Shown here: positions 63,024 to 64,000 of the stretch, one piece after another
Layout of the letters: the number at the start of each line of letters is the position of its first letter
How positions within the stretch are numbered: position 1 is the stretch's first letter
Assembly (NCBI RefSeq): GCF_006345805.1
Contig: NC_042997.1
Coordinates: 97,774,001 to 97,838,000 of the forward strand
Direction: 5' to 3'
Origin: Octopus sinensis
Lineage: Eukaryota
DNA length: 64,000 bases
Program-made: the position numbers and the translations under genes
Notes under the pieces: generated by a model
Databases searched by the model: none
What the model saw: only the letters and a program-made list of their open reading frames with translations
What the model was told of the DNA's origin: nothing

Positions 63024-63179
63024 TATATATATATAGATATAGATAGAGAGAGATAGAGATAGATAGATATATAGATAGATAGATATATAGAGATATAGAT
63101 AGATAGATAGAGATAGATATAGAGATAGATAGAGATAGATATATAGATAGATAGAGATAGATAGATATAGATATAGATA
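63024..63179. repeat. (GATA)/(GA)/(TA) compound microsatellite
   Basis: Direct reading. Confidence 0.95.
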
Positions 63180-63677
63180 AATGCCGTACAAACCTTCGAT
63201 GCAACCTTCTCCACTACAGACCTTCAATGTAGATCTGCGAGGCAACCTTCTCCAATGCATATCTTCGATACAGCCATACAGCCTTGACCTAGGAGGGGTT
63301 AGGACTAGATCGGGATTAGTCGCTGCCTTTTAGAGACTCCCGAGTTCAATTTCGCTAGGTTAGCATAGGTTAAGGCTTAGTTGTGATCCGAACATAACCT
63401 CTTCTGACACAGAGGGTCGGGAGCCCTTTTGGGTGTTCTATTTTCCTTGCCAGAAGGGCTCCCAACCAAGGGGTGAGGGTTAGACGATGGGGTAGTAGTT
63501 TCGAAAGGGCTGGCATATGCAGCCTGATCACCTCTGCCGGTCAAATTCCCAACCCATGCGTTCCCGTCGCGACACTGATTCTGCAGAACTGTGTTGGGTG
63601 TGAAAATTAACTTTAAAGTATAAATATAGATTTTATTGAATCAACAATGTTGTGTTCGGTTAAGTCCTATTTGCGGT

Positions 63678-64000
63678 GAAAAATCAATGAACTGGTTCCT
63701 TATGGGGTTTTCCAGTCAATTAGGATGAAAAATCGATAAACCGATTCCTTATAGGATTTCCCACCAAAATTGGCTACACTCCATTTTCAGCTATAACTTT
63801 TACCAATTTTGACGTATTTTGTTCAAACTTGATGCCGGTGTTACTTAGGACTCATTGGATCTTTGAATGCTTTAAGTTCTCTAAAACAATAATCGATGAG
63901 TGGAAAACATCGATAAACCGATTCCTTATGGGATTTCCCAATCAAATTGTCTGTAACCCATTTTCAGCCAAAAGTTTACCAATTTCAACGGATTTCGCTC
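63678..64000. repeat. Degenerate ~177-bp tandem repeat running off the window end
   Basis: Motif atcgataaaccgattccttat(a/g)ggatttcc at about 63732 and 63909, variant at 63678; downstream sequences also align. Confidence 0.7.

Noticed and set aside
63500-63560. Hammerhead or HDV-like ribozyme (gaaa...hairpin...ctgatca)
   Set aside because: The core reads CUGAUCA rather than CUGAUGA with the wrong stem order for a hammerhead, and I could not build the P1.1/P2 pseudoknot for an HDV fold by eye. Kept only as an unresolved structured island.

Overview
AT-rich eukaryotic genomic DNA, not prokaryotic. The SINE, LINE and MITE content and the microsatellite load point to an Octopus-like coleoid cephalopod (inference). 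The window holds one complete, intact metazoan type I fatty acid synthase gene (FASN) on the + strand. I reconstructed it by hand as 27 GT-AG coding exons from ATG 7492 to TAG 59288. Exon lengths sum to 7602 nt (2533 aa plus stop) with consistent splice phases, and the domain order is KS-MAT-DH-pseudoMT-pseudoKR-ER-KR-ACP-TE with all catalytic motifs present. An acceptor just before the ATG implies an upstream non-coding exon that I could not locate. The introns and flanks are packed with mobile DNA: at least three tRNA-headed SINE types with interchangeable tails, RTE and CR1 LINE 3' remnants, an internally deleted piggyBac with its TTAA MITE relatives, mariner/maT, hAT and Helitron-like relics, and long microsatellites. 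Intron 2 carries a decayed full-length U6 snRNA copy directly abutting a SINE. The most interesting non-routine signals are the U6-SINE junction, several fold-back or inverted repeat pairs that would form dsRNA in the FASN pre-mRNA, a variable hairpin-repeat array in the RTE 3' UTR, and SINE head/tail swapping. I found no CRISPR array or other prokaryotic system. No database searches were run; family names come from motif recognition.
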